DNA of 64,000 bases from an uncultured Nitrospirota bacterium (lineage in GTDB: Bacteria > Nitrospinota > Nitrospinia > CAJXCL01), in contig CAJXCL010000006.1 of the NCBI GenBank assembly GCA_913051775.1, forward strand, positions 7,447 through 71,446. Reading direction: 5' to 3'. The notes beneath the pieces are model-generated. The model saw only the letters and a program-made list of their open reading frames with translations. It searched no databases and had not been told where the DNA came from. Shown in pieces: positions 20,578 through 30,945 of the stretch; position 1 is the first letter of the stretch; each line of letters opens with the position of its first letter. The translations under genes were made by a program, and so were the position numbers.

Positions 20578-22335
20578 ATGATTAAATTAGCAGGAATCGG
20601 AGCATCAAGAGGTATCGCCATAGGTAAGATTTATTTACTTGACCGTTCCCGGATGTGTGTTCTGAAATATGAAATTCAAAAAGATGAAATTAATAAAGAG
20701 ATACAGCGTTTTAAGGAAGCGGTCGCAGAATCGACAAAATATCTAAATAAAATAAAAGAAAAAGCCAAAAAAAATCTCGATTCAAAGTTTTTGGGAATTA
20801 TGAACGGTCATATGATGATTTTGCAGGATGATCTGCTGGTAAGCGAAACTATAGATAGAATAAAAAACGAAAGGATAAATGCAGAATGGGTGTTTCAAAA
20901 ATCGATGAAACGGTTAAGAAATATTTTTTTGAAAATGGATGATGAATATTTAAGAGAGAGAGGAAAGGATATAGATCATGTGGGAAACTTGATTTTAAGG
21001 AATTTAATCGGCCATGATCAGGAAAGCATAGCTGATCTAAATGAAAAAGCTATCATTGTTTCGCGCGATCTGGCGCCTTCTGACGTTGTTCAAATGAAAA
21101 AAGACAAGGTATTGGGATTTGTTACCGAAGCGGGTGGAAAGACTTCACACGTTAGCATTATGGCAGCTTCTTTTGAAATCCCGGCTGTTGTTGGCTTAAA
21201 CGGTATTATTGAAAAGGCCGGGCTGGGTGATTCAATTATTGTTGACGGCATTGAGGGCGTTGTAATTATAAACCCGACAAAAGAAGAATTTAAGCATTAC
21301 TTAAAAAAACTCCAAATTTTTGAATACCACAACAAAGAACTACTGAAAATAAAAGATTTTAAAGCTGAAACAACAGACGGTTTTTCTGTTAAACTCATGG
21401 CAAATATCGAAACGAATCTTGAAATCCCATTGGCTAAAAGACAAGGAGCCCAAGGGGTAGGACTTTTCCGCACCGAATGCCTTTTTTTGAACAGGCAAGA
21501 CCTCCCATCAGAAGAGGAACACTTCCAAATATACAAAGAGACAGTGGAGAGTTTTGCGCCACATCCTGTCATTATTCGGACATTGGACGCAGGTGGTGAT
21601 AAAATCGTTCCACAACTTAACAAGATAGAAGCAAATCCGGCCCTTGGATTAAGAGCTATCCGGTATTCTCTTAAACAACTGAATATTTTTAAAGAGCAAT
21701 TGCGAGCTATTTTACGTGCCGGCCATTTTGGAAATATAAAAATAATGTACCCTTTGATTTCAGGACTTGAGGAGATTCAAAAAGCCAATGAAATTTTGGA
21801 AGAAGTAAAAGAAGATTTGAGCAGAGATGGAATCCCGTTTAAAAAAAATATCGAAATTGGAATAATGATAGAAACACCTTCAGCAGCCGTTATTGCGGAT
21901 GTGCTGGCACATGCTGTAGATTTCTTCAGTATAGGAACTAACGATTTGATTCAATATGTTCTGGCAGTAGATCGGACTAACGAAATGGTGGCCTCTCTTT
22001 ATCAGCCACTACATCCTTCCGTGCTAAGATTAATTCAGCTTGTTTTAAAGTCAGCTGAAAAAGCCAATATTGAAGTGAGTGTTTGCGGTTCAATGGGTGG
22101 AAACCCATTAAGCGCTCTGATTTTACTGGGACTGGGTAAAATCGATTCAATGAGCATGTATGCTCATTCTCTTCCTAAAATCAAAAAAATGATAAGAAAT
22201 GTATCTCTGAAGGATGCAAAAGATATTTCCAGCCATATTTTAACTTTATCCAGTTTTAAAGAGATAAATGATTATGTTAGTGCTGAAGTGCCTAAACGAT
22301 TTTCAGACGATATGAATTTTGCTGATTTAAATTAA
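20578..22335 (+). CDS. ptsI: Phosphoenolpyruvate-protein phosphotransferase (Enzyme I)
   Basis: [11 protein letters not shown] phospho-His, [19 protein letters not shown]. Confidence 0.93.
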   Translation: MIKLAGIGASRGIAIGKIYLLDRSRMCVLKYEIQKDEINKEIQRFKEAVAESTKYLNKIKEKAKKNLDSKFLGIMNGHMMILQDDLLVSETIDRIKNERINAEWVFQKSMKRLRNIFLKMDDEYLRERGKDIDHVGNLILRNLIGHDQESIADLNEKAIIVSRDLAPSDVVQMKKDKVLGFVTEAGGKTSHVSIMAASFEIPAVVGLNGIIEKAGLGDSIIVDGIEGVVIINPTKEEFKHYLKKLQIFEYHNKELLKIKDFKAETTDGFSVKLMANIETNLEIPLAKRQGAQGVGLFRTECLFLNRQDLPSEEEHFQIYKETVESFAPHPVIIRTLDAGGDKIVPQLNKIEANPALGLRAIRYSLKQLNIFKEQLRAILRAGHFGNIKIMYPLISGLEEIQKANEILEEVKEDLSRDGIPFKKNIEIGIMIETPSAAVIADVLAHAVDFFSIGTNDLIQYVLAVDRTNEMVASLYQPLHPSVLRLIQLVLKSAEKANIEVSVCGSMGGNPLSALILLGLGKIDSMSMYAHSLPKIKKMIRNVSLKDAKDISSHILTLSSFKEINDYVSAEVPKRFSDDMNFADLN

Positions 22336-22349
22336 GACAAGGAGACTTA

Positions 22350-23516
22350 ATGGATAATAAAAGTTATTTTTTTACTTCTGAATCTGTTACGGAAGGGCAT
22401 CCTGATAAAATGGCGGATCAGATTTCCGACTCAATACTGGATGCAATTTACGCCCAGGACCCGAACGGCAGGGTTGCCTGTGAAACGATGATAACCACCG
22501 GAATGGTTATTATCGCTGGTGAAGTTACCACTACCGCAACTATTGATATTCCTTCAATTGTGAGAAAAACCATTAAAGAAATTGGGTATGATAGAGGAAA
22601 GTATGGGTTTGACGCAGAAACTTGCGCGGTGATGGTTTCTCTTGATAAACAGTCTCCGGATATTTCCATAGGTGTTTCAAGAAAGAATGAAGATGATCAG
22701 GGAGCTGGGGATCAGGGTTTGATGTTTGGGTACGCAACAAATGAAACTACCGAGTTAATGCCGTTACCCATAATGCTTGCCCATAAGTTGACTATGCGTT
22801 TGGCAAAAGTAAGAAAGGATAAAACTTTATCTTACTTGAGAGCTGATGGAAAATCCCAGGTAACCGTGAAATATAATAATGGGAAGGCCGTAAATGTTAA
22901 TGCTATTGTCATTTCAACGCAGCACAGTGAAGACGTCTCTACGGAAAAGATAAAAGAAGATATTATTAAGCATGTCATTATCCCGGAATTGCCTAAAGGA
23001 CTTTATGATTTAAAAAAATTGGATATACATGTAAACCCTACCGGAAGATTTGTAGTTGGCGGGCCAATGGGAGATTGCGGCTTAACCGGACGAAAAATTA
23101 TTGTAGATACTTATGGAGGTATGGGACATCATGGGGGCGGCGCTTTCTCAGGAAAGGACCCTTCAAAAGTGGACAGATCGGCCTGTTACATGGCCCGCTA
23201 TATTGCCAAAAATATTGTTGCAGCCGGCATAGCCGATAAGTGTGAAGTTCAACTGGCTTATGCTATTGGAGTTGCAGATCCGGTTTCAGTAAAGACAGAT
23301 ACTTTTGGCACGGAAAAAATTTCTTCCGATAAAATCCAAAAGTTGATACGTAAACACTTTAACTTAAAACCGTCCGGTATAATAAAAACTTTGCAGCTTA
23401 GAAGGCCTATCTATAAAAAGACCGCTGCCTACGGACATTTTGGAAGAAATGAACCGGAATTCACCTGGGAGCGCACTGATAAAGCAGAAGAATTAAAAAA
23501 AGACGCCGGGCTATAA
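22350..23516 (+). CDS. metK: S-adenosylmethionine synthase
   Basis: [35 protein letters not shown]. Confidence 0.98.
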   Translation: MDNKSYFFTSESVTEGHPDKMADQISDSILDAIYAQDPNGRVACETMITTGMVIIAGEVTTTATIDIPSIVRKTIKEIGYDRGKYGFDAETCAVMVSLDKQSPDISIGVSRKNEDDQGAGDQGLMFGYATNETTELMPLPIMLAHKLTMRLAKVRKDKTLSYLRADGKSQVTVKYNNGKAVNVNAIVISTQHSEDVSTEKIKEDIIKHVIIPELPKGLYDLKKLDIHVNPTGRFVVGGPMGDCGLTGRKIIVDTYGGMGHHGGGAFSGKDPSKVDRSACYMARYIAKNIVAAGIADKCEVQLAYAIGVADPVSVKTDTFGTEKISSDKIQKLIRKHFNLKPSGIIKTLQLRRPIYKKTAAYGHFGRNEPEFTWERTDKAEELKKDAGL

Positions 23517-24152
23517 ATGCCAGACTTACACCCCATAAAAGTTGAATTGCTTTCCATCACTCCTGGGGCTGAAAAACTCCTCGAAGAAGCAGGGAGAACG
23601 TGCTACCTGTCATTTGACAGAACAAGCGAGGAAAGTTACAAGAAATTTATTCGAATGCTCGTCAGGAGTGGACATCTCTCTGTTTTAGAGCATGCTTCTG
23701 CCACTTTTAGAATTAAAGGCGGATCCCGAAGCTTTACGCATCAACTGGTCAGGCACAGGCTTTGCGCCTACTCTCAGCAGTCCCAGAGGTATGTTAATGA
23801 AAAAAACTTTTCTATTGTTATACCTGATTCCATTAAAAACAATTCAGAAGCTAAAGAAGCTTTCCTGTCATTAATTAATCATGCTAAGGACACATACGTT
23901 AAACTGCAGGAAATAGGTGTAAAAAAAGAAGACGCCAGGTTTGTCCTCCCCAATGCTATAGAAAGTGAAATTGTTATGACCGCGAACTTCAGGGAACTGA
24001 GACATATTTTTAAAGAACGCTGCCACAAAGCAGCCCAGTGGGAAATCAGAAAAATAGTAATAGAAATGCTGAAAATTATGAGAAAAGAAGCCCCTATTGT
24101 TTTTGAGGACTTTATAATTAACGAAGAAACACTTACCGCTGAAACCACATGA
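23517..24152 (+). CDS. thyX: FAD-dependent thymidylate synthase
   Basis: GHLSVLEH, QLVRHRLCAYSQQSQRY, AQWEIR. Confidence 0.95.
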   Translation: MPDLHPIKVELLSITPGAEKLLEEAGRTCYLSFDRTSEESYKKFIRMLVRSGHLSVLEHASATFRIKGGSRSFTHQLVRHRLCAYSQQSQRYVNEKNFSIVIPDSIKNNSEAKEAFLSLINHAKDTYVKLQEIGVKKEDARFVLPNAIESEIVMTANFRELRHIFKERCHKAAQWEIRKIVIEMLKIMRKEAPIVFEDFIINEETLTAETT

Positions 24153-24910
24153 CAATTCTTCTCACCAATGACGACGGAATAGCCGCGCCTGGTCTAAACG
24201 CCCTCTATAAAGGAATAAGTAAATTTTATCCTGTTAAAGTCGTGGCTCCGGAATCGGAACAAAGCGCCGTAGGACATGCTATTACCATTCACAACCCGCT
24301 TCGGGTAAAAAAGTTTTTTCAAGGAGAAAAATTTTTCGGGTACGCTGTAAACGGTACGCCGGCAGATTGCGTAAAAATCGCGGTGAAAGCTATTATGGAA
24401 GAACCGCCAAAATTGGTAATTTCAGGAATTAATTTCGGAGCCAATATAGGAACAAACCTGATATATTCCGGAACCGTCTCAGCAGCCACAGAAGCCGCTA
24501 TTTTAAATATCCCTTCCGTTGCCATTTCCCTGACTACCCGATTTGATCCGGATTTTTCCTATGCCGCCGAGTTTGCGCTAAAAATGGCCAAACTGATTTT
24601 AAAAAACGGGTTGCCTGATGGAATTTCAATAAACGTGAATATCCCGGCTGTGCCAAAAAATAAAATAGCCGGTGTGAGAGTCGTAAAACAGGGCAGGGCG
24701 CGAGTTGCAGAATGGTTCGATAAGCGAATGGATCCCTCAGGAAACACCTATTACTGGATGGCGGGAGAACTGGTGGCCTCGGAAGAAGAAGAGGACGCTG
24801 ATGAAGCAACCATAAAAAAAAATATGGTCTCTATTACTCCTATTCATTATGATATGACCGATTATAAGGGAATGGATAAAATTAAAAAGTGGAAGTTTAA
24901 TGAGCGCTGA
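24149..24910 (+). CDS. surE: 5'/3'-nucleotidase SurE
   Basis: ILLTNDDGI, GTPADCV, SGINFGAN, YSGTVSAA. Confidence 0.96.
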   Translation: MTILLTNDDGIAAPGLNALYKGISKFYPVKVVAPESEQSAVGHAITIHNPLRVKKFFQGEKFFGYAVNGTPADCVKIAVKAIMEEPPKLVISGINFGANIGTNLIYSGTVSAATEAAILNIPSVAISLTTRFDPDFSYAAEFALKMAKLILKNGLPDGISINVNIPAVPKNKIAGVRVVKQGRARVAEWFDKRMDPSGNTYYWMAGELVASEEEEDADEATIKKNMVSITPIHYDMTDYKGMDKIKKWKFNER

Positions 24911-25427
24911 CTACTATGCCATTTTAAAAACATCTCTCGGGTGGTGCGGAATTATTTATGGAAGGCATGGACTCATAAAAATCTATCTACCGGGAATGAA
25001 AAAAGAAAAGCTGAAAAAGAACATCCATTCCTATAATAAAAGTATTGTTGAACACACAGGCAAGATTAAAATCCTTGCCAGGAACATATGCAGTTATTTC
25101 AAAGGTAAAAATGTTCGATTAAATCTTCCCGTAGACATGAAAACAATGACTGAGTTTGAAAAAAATATTTATAAACAGGCAATGAAAATACCATTTGGAA
25201 AAGTGAAATCTTATAAATGGCTTGCGGAAAAAGCAGGCGTTTCCAATGGGGCAAGGGCAGTGGGAAACGCTCTGAGTAAAAATCCTGTCCCGTTAATTAT
25301 ACCGTGTCACCGGGTTATTAAAAGCGATGGGAGGTTGGGAGGGTTTTCAGCTCCCGGCGGTATCTTAATAAAAAGGAAAATGCTCTCCATTGAAGGGCAT
25401 GCAAATTATCCTTTGACTATAGAATGA
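24900..25427 (+). CDS. ogt: Methylated-DNA-protein-cysteine methyltransferase
   Basis: ARAVGNAL..NPVPLIIPCHRV. Confidence 0.92.
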   Translation: MSADYYAILKTSLGWCGIIYGRHGLIKIYLPGMKKEKLKKNIHSYNKSIVEHTGKIKILARNICSYFKGKNVRLNLPVDMKTMTEFEKNIYKQAMKIPFGKVKSYKWLAEKAGVSNGARAVGNALSKNPVPLIIPCHRVIKSDGRLGGFSAPGGILIKRKMLSIEGHANYPLTIE

Positions 25428-25572
25428 GAACATTTTTAAATTTTAAAAGTTTTCGGCAAGCATTAAAAATAAATGTCTCCATGCCGGAGACGGTTTAAAA
25501 AGTTCTATCCACATCCCTCTTATTGGTCCGGCTTAACCCTGACAGGAGATTATAGTTAAGACAGATCATTCC

Positions 25573-25622
25573 TTTGTGAACTTCGTGTCCTTCGCCCCGC
25601 TTAGCGGGGCTTAGTGGTTAGA
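25573..25622. repeat. Short palindromic intergenic repeat between convergent genes (possible terminator)
   Basis: ctttgtgaacttcgtgtccttcgccccgcttagcggggcttagtggtta with GCCCCGC/GCGGGGC hairpin; related motif at ~41597-41615. Confidence 0.45.
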
Positions 25623-25634
25623 CCTGAAAAAAAA

Positions 25635-26051
25635 CTATTCTCCAATTATTTTCACTAGAGCTCTTTTTTTTCTCCTGCCGTCAAATTCGCCATAGAAAAT
25701 CTGCTCCCAGGGACCGAAATCGAGTTTCCCCTCCGTAATGGCGACAACAACTTCTCTACCCATAATCTGACGTTTCATGTGAGCGTCGGCATTGTCCTCA
25801 CTTACATTATGGCGATACTGTGATACAGGCTCATGAGGTGCGAGCTTTTCAAGCCATTTATCATAGTCCTTGTGTAGCCCTGATTCATCATCATTAATGA
25901 AGACAGAAGCTGTTATATGCATGGCATTGACCAGAATAAGGCCTTCCTTGACCCCGCTTTCTCTCATACATTTTTCAATTTCTGTCGTGATATTAACAAA
26001 AGAGCGACGAGTTGGCACGTTAAACCATAATTCTTTACGATAGCTTTTCAT
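25635..26051 (-). CDS. YjbQ/UPF0047 family protein
   Basis: [36 protein letters not shown]. Confidence 0.92.
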   Translation of the reverse strand: MKSYRKELWFNVPTRRSFVNITTEIEKCMRESGVKEGLILVNAMHITASVFINDDESGLHKDYDKWLEKLAPHEPVSQYRHNVSEDNADAHMKRQIMGREVVVAITEGKLDFGPWEQIFYGEFDGRRKKRALVKIIGE

Positions 26052-26195
26052 AATTTAATATATGTGAAAAAAATACAATCTCAACTTACACCAAACAAAT
26101 TAATAATCTCCAGTTATAACACATATTATTCCGTTCCAATGAAGCATTCAGTTTCCTGGGTTTAGAGCTGATTTTCTGTGCTACTAATTTTTTAT

Positions 26196-26224
26196 TTGCT
26201 AATGTTTTTTAAATATAGTAGCAT
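26196..26224 (+). promoter_or_regulatory. Putative sigma70 promoter of csp
   Basis: TTGCTA-N17-TAGCAT, giving a ~105 nt 5' UTR typical of csp genes. Confidence 0.45.
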
Positions 26225-26336
26225 TACGTAATAGTTTTTAGCAGAGGTTTTAATTTTCAGTGCAGAAATTTTCTAAAGTCTGGTTTTTTAACGCTCTGGC
26301 TAAATGGAATCATCAACCGAGGGGAGGTGAAACCAC

Positions 26337-26552
26337 GTGGCAGAGCGTGAAACAGGAACTGTAAAATGGTTTAATGGCAGTAAGGGGTACGGGTTTATTT
26401 CAAGAGATGAGGGTAACGATATTTTTGTCCATTTTAGTGCAATTGGTGGCGACGGATATCGGAGTTTAGAAGAAGGCCAAAAAGTAGAATTTGTCGTTAC
26501 GGAAGGACAGAAAGGCCCTCAGGCTCAGGATGTTACTGTTGTACCGGAATAG
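26337..26552 (+). CDS. Cold-shock protein
   Basis: [24 protein letters not shown]; GGAGGTG SD and GTG start. Confidence 0.96.
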   Translation: MAERETGTVKWFNGSKGYGFISRDEGNDIFVHFSAIGGDGYRSLEEGQKVEFVVTEGQKGPQAQDVTVVPE

Positions 26553-26748
26553 ACGAAACGACTTTGAATGTGTTGAGAGAGTGCATTGCCTGCGGCCCTG
26601 TAGAGTTCAATTAAGCTTTTCTCTCCCTGCTACGTCGGGGCTTTGTTGCGGGTAGCTTTAAATATACAGGCGGTGTTTATAATCACTATCTGTGGCTTAT
26701 CACTTTTGAATATCGGTTTTGCAAGGCCGAGGTGTGATGTTTTTAATA

Positions 26749-26786
26749 AAGAACCTCAGATTTTGAAGGTATCTGGGGGTTTTTGT
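26749..26786 (+). terminator. Probable intrinsic terminator between csp and rpsU
   Basis: aagaacctcagat-loop-atctgggggt followed by a T run. Confidence 0.55.
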
Positions 26787-26833
26787 TGTGTCTAAAAAAT
26801 TATGAAAGATAGGGAAGTAGGTGAAAAACAGCT

Positions 26834-27019
26834 TTGGACATTAAAGTATATGGAAATGATATAGAAAAAGCTCTCAGATCCTTGAAACGACAGCTTGTAA
26901 AGGAAGGTCTTTTCAAAGAAATCAAAAAAAGAAGCTTTTATGAAAAGCCTCATGAAAAAAAGAAAAGGAAACAGAGAGAGGCAAGGAAAACAAGAATGAA
27001 GACACTGAAATATGGGTAA
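26834..27019 (+). CDS. rpsU: 30S ribosomal protein S21
   Basis: IEKALRSLKRQ..EIKKRSFYEKP..KKRKQREARK. Confidence 0.93.
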   Translation: MDIKVYGNDIEKALRSLKRQLVKEGLFKEIKKRSFYEKPHEKKKRKQREARKTRMKTLKYG

Positions 27020-27419
27020 TCTAATATTTTCTTATTAGGGAAAAACTGAGCGATTGCCCTAATTTTAATCAAGCCTCGACAAACTTTAACACTGTTAAGG
27101 AAAAATCTCCTTCATTTTCTAATTGGTTGCACATCGTTGATTCTTGTAACTATTTGGATTTTAAGGCTATTCCTTCCTGGTTTTTCGTATAGAAGCCAAT
27201 TATCCTTCGTTATTACCCATGGCACATAAGAGCTGTTTTATCCTTCATTAGCAGTAACTTCAGAAAAGCTGCACCGAGTTTTTTTAATATCCAAACTCTG
27301 GTTTACCGCAGAAGACATGGTATTCAAAAACTTAGACGTCATTAGCGCGCGGTACACACTAATTAATTCATAACATCCCTCCTATCAATAAATCATGCTA
27401 TGTTATAATGTCTTGAAAT

Positions 27420-30400
27420 ATGAAACACAATTTTTTAAAAAAAGAGACAGATTTTGTAGAAAATTTATTAAAGGAAGGGAAAAAAAATATTTCACTGAAT
27501 GGGCTTTATAGTTCCGCAAAAGCCCTTTTTTTATTTCAGCTTAAAGAGGTTTGTGATAGACCGGTCCTAGTTATTACGCGAGATCAAAGAGGAGCAGAGG
27601 AATTGCTCCATGACCTTTCTTTTTTTTTCAAATGGAGTGCCTGCCAGAATTCCTCCTTCTTATATTTCCCCTCATGGGATTTATTACCTTATGAATATCT
27701 ATCTCCTCAAAAAGAAATTGTCGGAGAACGGCTGAAAACCCTTCTGGAATTGTCTCAGGGAAAATCCTCCCTTCTGGTTACTTCTCTTGAGCCGTGCTTA
27801 CAGCTTTTAATTCCACAGGACGAATTAAAGAGAAGTATTTTAAAATTTGATCTTAAAGATTATCTTGATCTGGAAATTGTGGCGAATTGTCTTGTATCCA
27901 GCGGATACGAGCATGTAGAAATTGTGGAAGATAGAGGTGAATTTTCTGTCCGCGGAGGGATTATCGATGTTTTTCCATCGAATCACTCTGATCCTTTTAG
28001 AATTGAACTCTTTGGGGATGAAATAGAATCTATCCGCCGCTTTGATGTGGATTCCCAGGTTTCTGTAGAGCGCGTCAATAGTTTGATTGTAATGCCTGTG
28101 ATTGAACAGATATTAAATAAAGAAATTTTATCAAAAGGAATTGAAAAAATTAAAGCAGAAGCTGACTCGTCAAAGTTCCCACAAAAAATCATTAACGAAA
28201 CTATCAATCGATTAGAAAACATCTATCCCTTCTCAGGAGTGGAATTATTGAATCCTTATTTTTATTCCAACATGGACTCTTTGATTGATTATCTGGATAA
28301 AGATTATCTGATTGTCCTGGATGAACCTGAACTGATTGAAAATAAGAGGCGCAAGTTTGAGGAGCTAATTTATGAGGAGTACGATAAAGCAATCGCTCGC
28401 AGAGAATTTGTACCGTCACCCGAAAAGCTCTTTCTAAATAAAGAACAATTCTATACGCAGATTAATAAAAGAAATACATTGGAAATACACTCATTAACAA
28501 TATCGGAAAAACATAATGAAACAGAAAGCACGGTTTCCGTGCGACAGATTCCTTCTTTTAAAGATAGAATAAAGGATTTTATCGAACAGCTCAAATCATG
28601 GCAGAAAGAAGGAAATAGTGTTGTTCTGACTATTTCTTCGGAAGGCAAGGCAACGAGGTTTAAAGAACTATTACTCGGGTACGATGTAGTTTTGGAAGTA
28701 GTGGTTGGTGACTTATCAAATGGAATTAACCTGACTGAATCTAAAACTATTTTTGTTTCGGAACATGAGATTTTTGGACAACAACATAAAGAGAAATATA
28801 GACTGACAACCGGCAAACAAACCTTTTATAGAGGACTTAAAGACCTTAAAGAAGGAGATTTAGTGGTGCATGTCGATTATGGAATAGGATTGTACCAAGG
28901 CGAAAAAGATTTGGAAGTAGAAGGAGGGTCTGGTGAATTTCTGGATCTATTATATGCGGATGATGAAAAACTGTATCTCCCGGTGGAAAGGTTGAACCTG
29001 ATTCAAAAATATTCTGGAGCAGGGCAGGGGAGTCCGTCTCTCGATAAAATCGGTGGAGTTAAATGGAAAAAACAAAAGGAAAAAGTTAAAAAATCTATTA
29101 AAGAAATGGCGGAAGATTTGCTTAAGCTCTATGCTGCGAGAGAAATTGTGAAAGGCCATGCCTATCAGGAAGATAGTGATTTGCACAGGCAGTTTGCCGA
29201 TGCTTTTGAATTTGTTGAGACCGAACATCAGCTCAAAGCGATAGAAGATGTATTGGCCGACATGGAGAAAGATAAACCAATGGATAGATTGATTTGCGGG
29301 GATGTGGGTTATGGCAAGACGGAAGTAGCAATGCGGGCAGCTTTGAAGGCAGTGTCAGATTCCAAACAGGTGGCGTTTTTGGTTCCTACAACAATATTAG
29401 CCCAGCAACATCTCAATACTTTTAATAAACGTTTTGAGGGTTACCCTGTAAAGATTGACATGTTAAACAGGTTTCGTCCTCCTAAAATACAAAAAGAAAT
29501 TATAAAAAAAGTGGAGTTAGGGGAAGTGGATGTTATTATTGGAACTCACCGTATCCTGCAAAAGGATATTAAGTTTAAAGACCTGGGACTGATTGTCATT
29601 GATGAAGAACAGAGATTTGGTGTCAAGCACAAGGAAAAACTAAAAAAATTACGAAAAAAAGTTGAAGTCCTGACTCTAACGGCGACACCAATACCAAGGA
29701 CTCTTCATTTTTCATTAATGGGTGTCCGTGATTTGAGTGTTATTGAAACCCCGCCAAAGGACCGCCTCGCGATTAAAACATATATCCATAAATTTAATGA
29801 AGCGGCTATTTGTCAGGCAATCAAAAAGGAAGTGGGGAGGGGAGGACAAGTATTTTTTGTCCATAACTGGGTCGCTTCCATCAGTTCTATGACAGACTAT
29901 ATTAAACGAATTGTTCCGGGAATAAATGTGGATTTTGCTCATGGACAAATGCGCGAGCATAAGCTTGAAAAAGTTATGATGAAATTTATTAACAGGGAAA
30001 TTGATGTCCTGATTTGCACTACTATTATTGAAGCGGGTCTTGATATACCTTCCGCAAATACAATTATTATTAACCGGGCAGACAGATTTGGATTATCGCA
30101 ATTATATCAGCTCAGGGGAAGAGTAGGGCGGGACTGTCATCAGGCCTACGCCTACCTCCTGGTGCCTGATGATATGCTCCTGTCAGACGCAACTCGTAAA
30201 CGTTTGAGAGCAATTGAAGAACTAAGTGATTTAGGTTCTGGTTTTCAGTTAGCCTCAAGGGATATGGAAATCAGGGGATCGGGAAATTACCTCGGACACC
30301 AGCAGTCAGGAAATATATCCGCAGTTGGTTTTGACCTATATTGCAAATTAATGGAAGAGACTGTCAGAGAGATTAAAGGAGAAATCCCGGAACAAGATTT

Positions 30401-30842
30401 TGAACCGAAAATCAATCTCCATATTAGAGGGTTTATTCCAAAAGATTATATCCCTAATCTCAATCAGAGGCTTGAGTTTTATCGTAGGCTTTATATGACT
30501 TACGATCAGGAAAATACAGATAAAATTTTGAATGAGCTAAAGGACAGGTACGGACCGCCGCCGGAACCTTTAAAAAAACTGATCGCTGTATTGGAAATAA
30601 AACTTCTATGTCATCAATTAAAAATAAATGATATATCCCTTATGAATGGAAAAGTGAAAATGAAGGTTATGAACGAAACTCCTATTTCAATCGAGAGAGT
30701 TATGAATTCTATAGAAAATGGAACACATAGAATATCATTTTTGAATGATAACACATTTCTAATAGAAATAGCAGGTAAGAGCTGGAACGAAATATGTGCT
30801 GAAATAAAGAGGAGTTTAAAAAAGCTCACTGTTTATGATTAA
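27420..30842 (+). CDS. mfd: Transcription-repair coupling factor
   Basis: RGGIIDVF, CarD-like domain, GDVGYGKTEVA, DEEQRFGV, QLRGRVGR, TRCF C-terminus. Confidence 0.97.
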   Translation: MKHNFLKKETDFVENLLKEGKKNISLNGLYSSAKALFLFQLKEVCDRPVLVITRDQRGAEELLHDLSFFFKWSACQNSSFLYFPSWDLLPYEYLSPQKEIVGERLKTLLELSQGKSSLLVTSLEPCLQLLIPQDELKRSILKFDLKDYLDLEIVANCLVSSGYEHVEIVEDRGEFSVRGGIIDVFPSNHSDPFRIELFGDEIESIRRFDVDSQVSVERVNSLIVMPVIEQILNKEILSKGIEKIKAEADSSKFPQKIINETINRLENIYPFSGVELLNPYFYSNMDSLIDYLDKDYLIVLDEPELIENKRRKFEELIYEEYDKAIARREFVPSPEKLFLNKEQFYTQINKRNTLEIHSLTISEKHNETESTVSVRQIPSFKDRIKDFIEQLKSWQKEGNSVVLTISSEGKATRFKELLLGYDVVLEVVVGDLSNGINLTESKTIFVSEHEIFGQQHKEKYRLTTGKQTFYRGLKDLKEGDLVVHVDYGIGLYQGEKDLEVEGGSGEFLDLLYADDEKLYLPVERLNLIQKYSGAGQGSPSLDKIGGVKWKKQKEKVKKSIKEMAEDLLKLYAAREIVKGHAYQEDSDLHRQFADAFEFVETEHQLKAIEDVLADMEKDKPMDRLICGDVGYGKTEVAMRAALKAVSDSKQVAFLVPTTILAQQHLNTFNKRFEGYPVKIDMLNRFRPPKIQKEIIKKVELGEVDVIIGTHRILQKDIKFKDLGLIVIDEEQRFGVKHKEKLKKLRKKVEVLTLTATPIPRTLHFSLMGVRDLSVIETPPKDRLAIKTYIHKFNEAAICQAIKKEVGRGGQVFFVHNWVASISSMTDYIKRIVPGINVDFAHGQMREHKLEKVMMKFINREIDVLICTTIIEAGLDIPSANTIIINRADRFGLSQLYQLRGRVGRDCHQAYAYLLVPDDMLLSDATRKRLRAIEELSDLGSGFQLASRDMEIRGSGNYLGHQQSGNISAVGFDLYCKLMEETVREIKGEIPEQDFEPKINLHIRGFIPKDYIPNLNQRLEFYRRLYMTYDQENTDKILNELKDRYGPPPEPLKKLIAVLEIKLLCHQLKINDISLMNGKVKMKVMNETPISIERVMNSIENGTHRISFLNDNTFLIEIAGKSWNEICAEIKRSLKKLTVYD

Positions 30843-30945
30843 GGTCAATTTGTATTGCTTGATATTATAGTTATTATAAAGGGTTAGTGAGAACCTATCG
30901 AATTAATGGTTTGATTTAAGCATTCTATTTGTTGTGAGTGGAGAT

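Noticed and set aside
26553-26790. 6S RNA or tmRNA call
   Set aside because: Lacks the usual zapA/rny context and a clear central bubble or tRNA-like ends; kept only as an unassigned structured element
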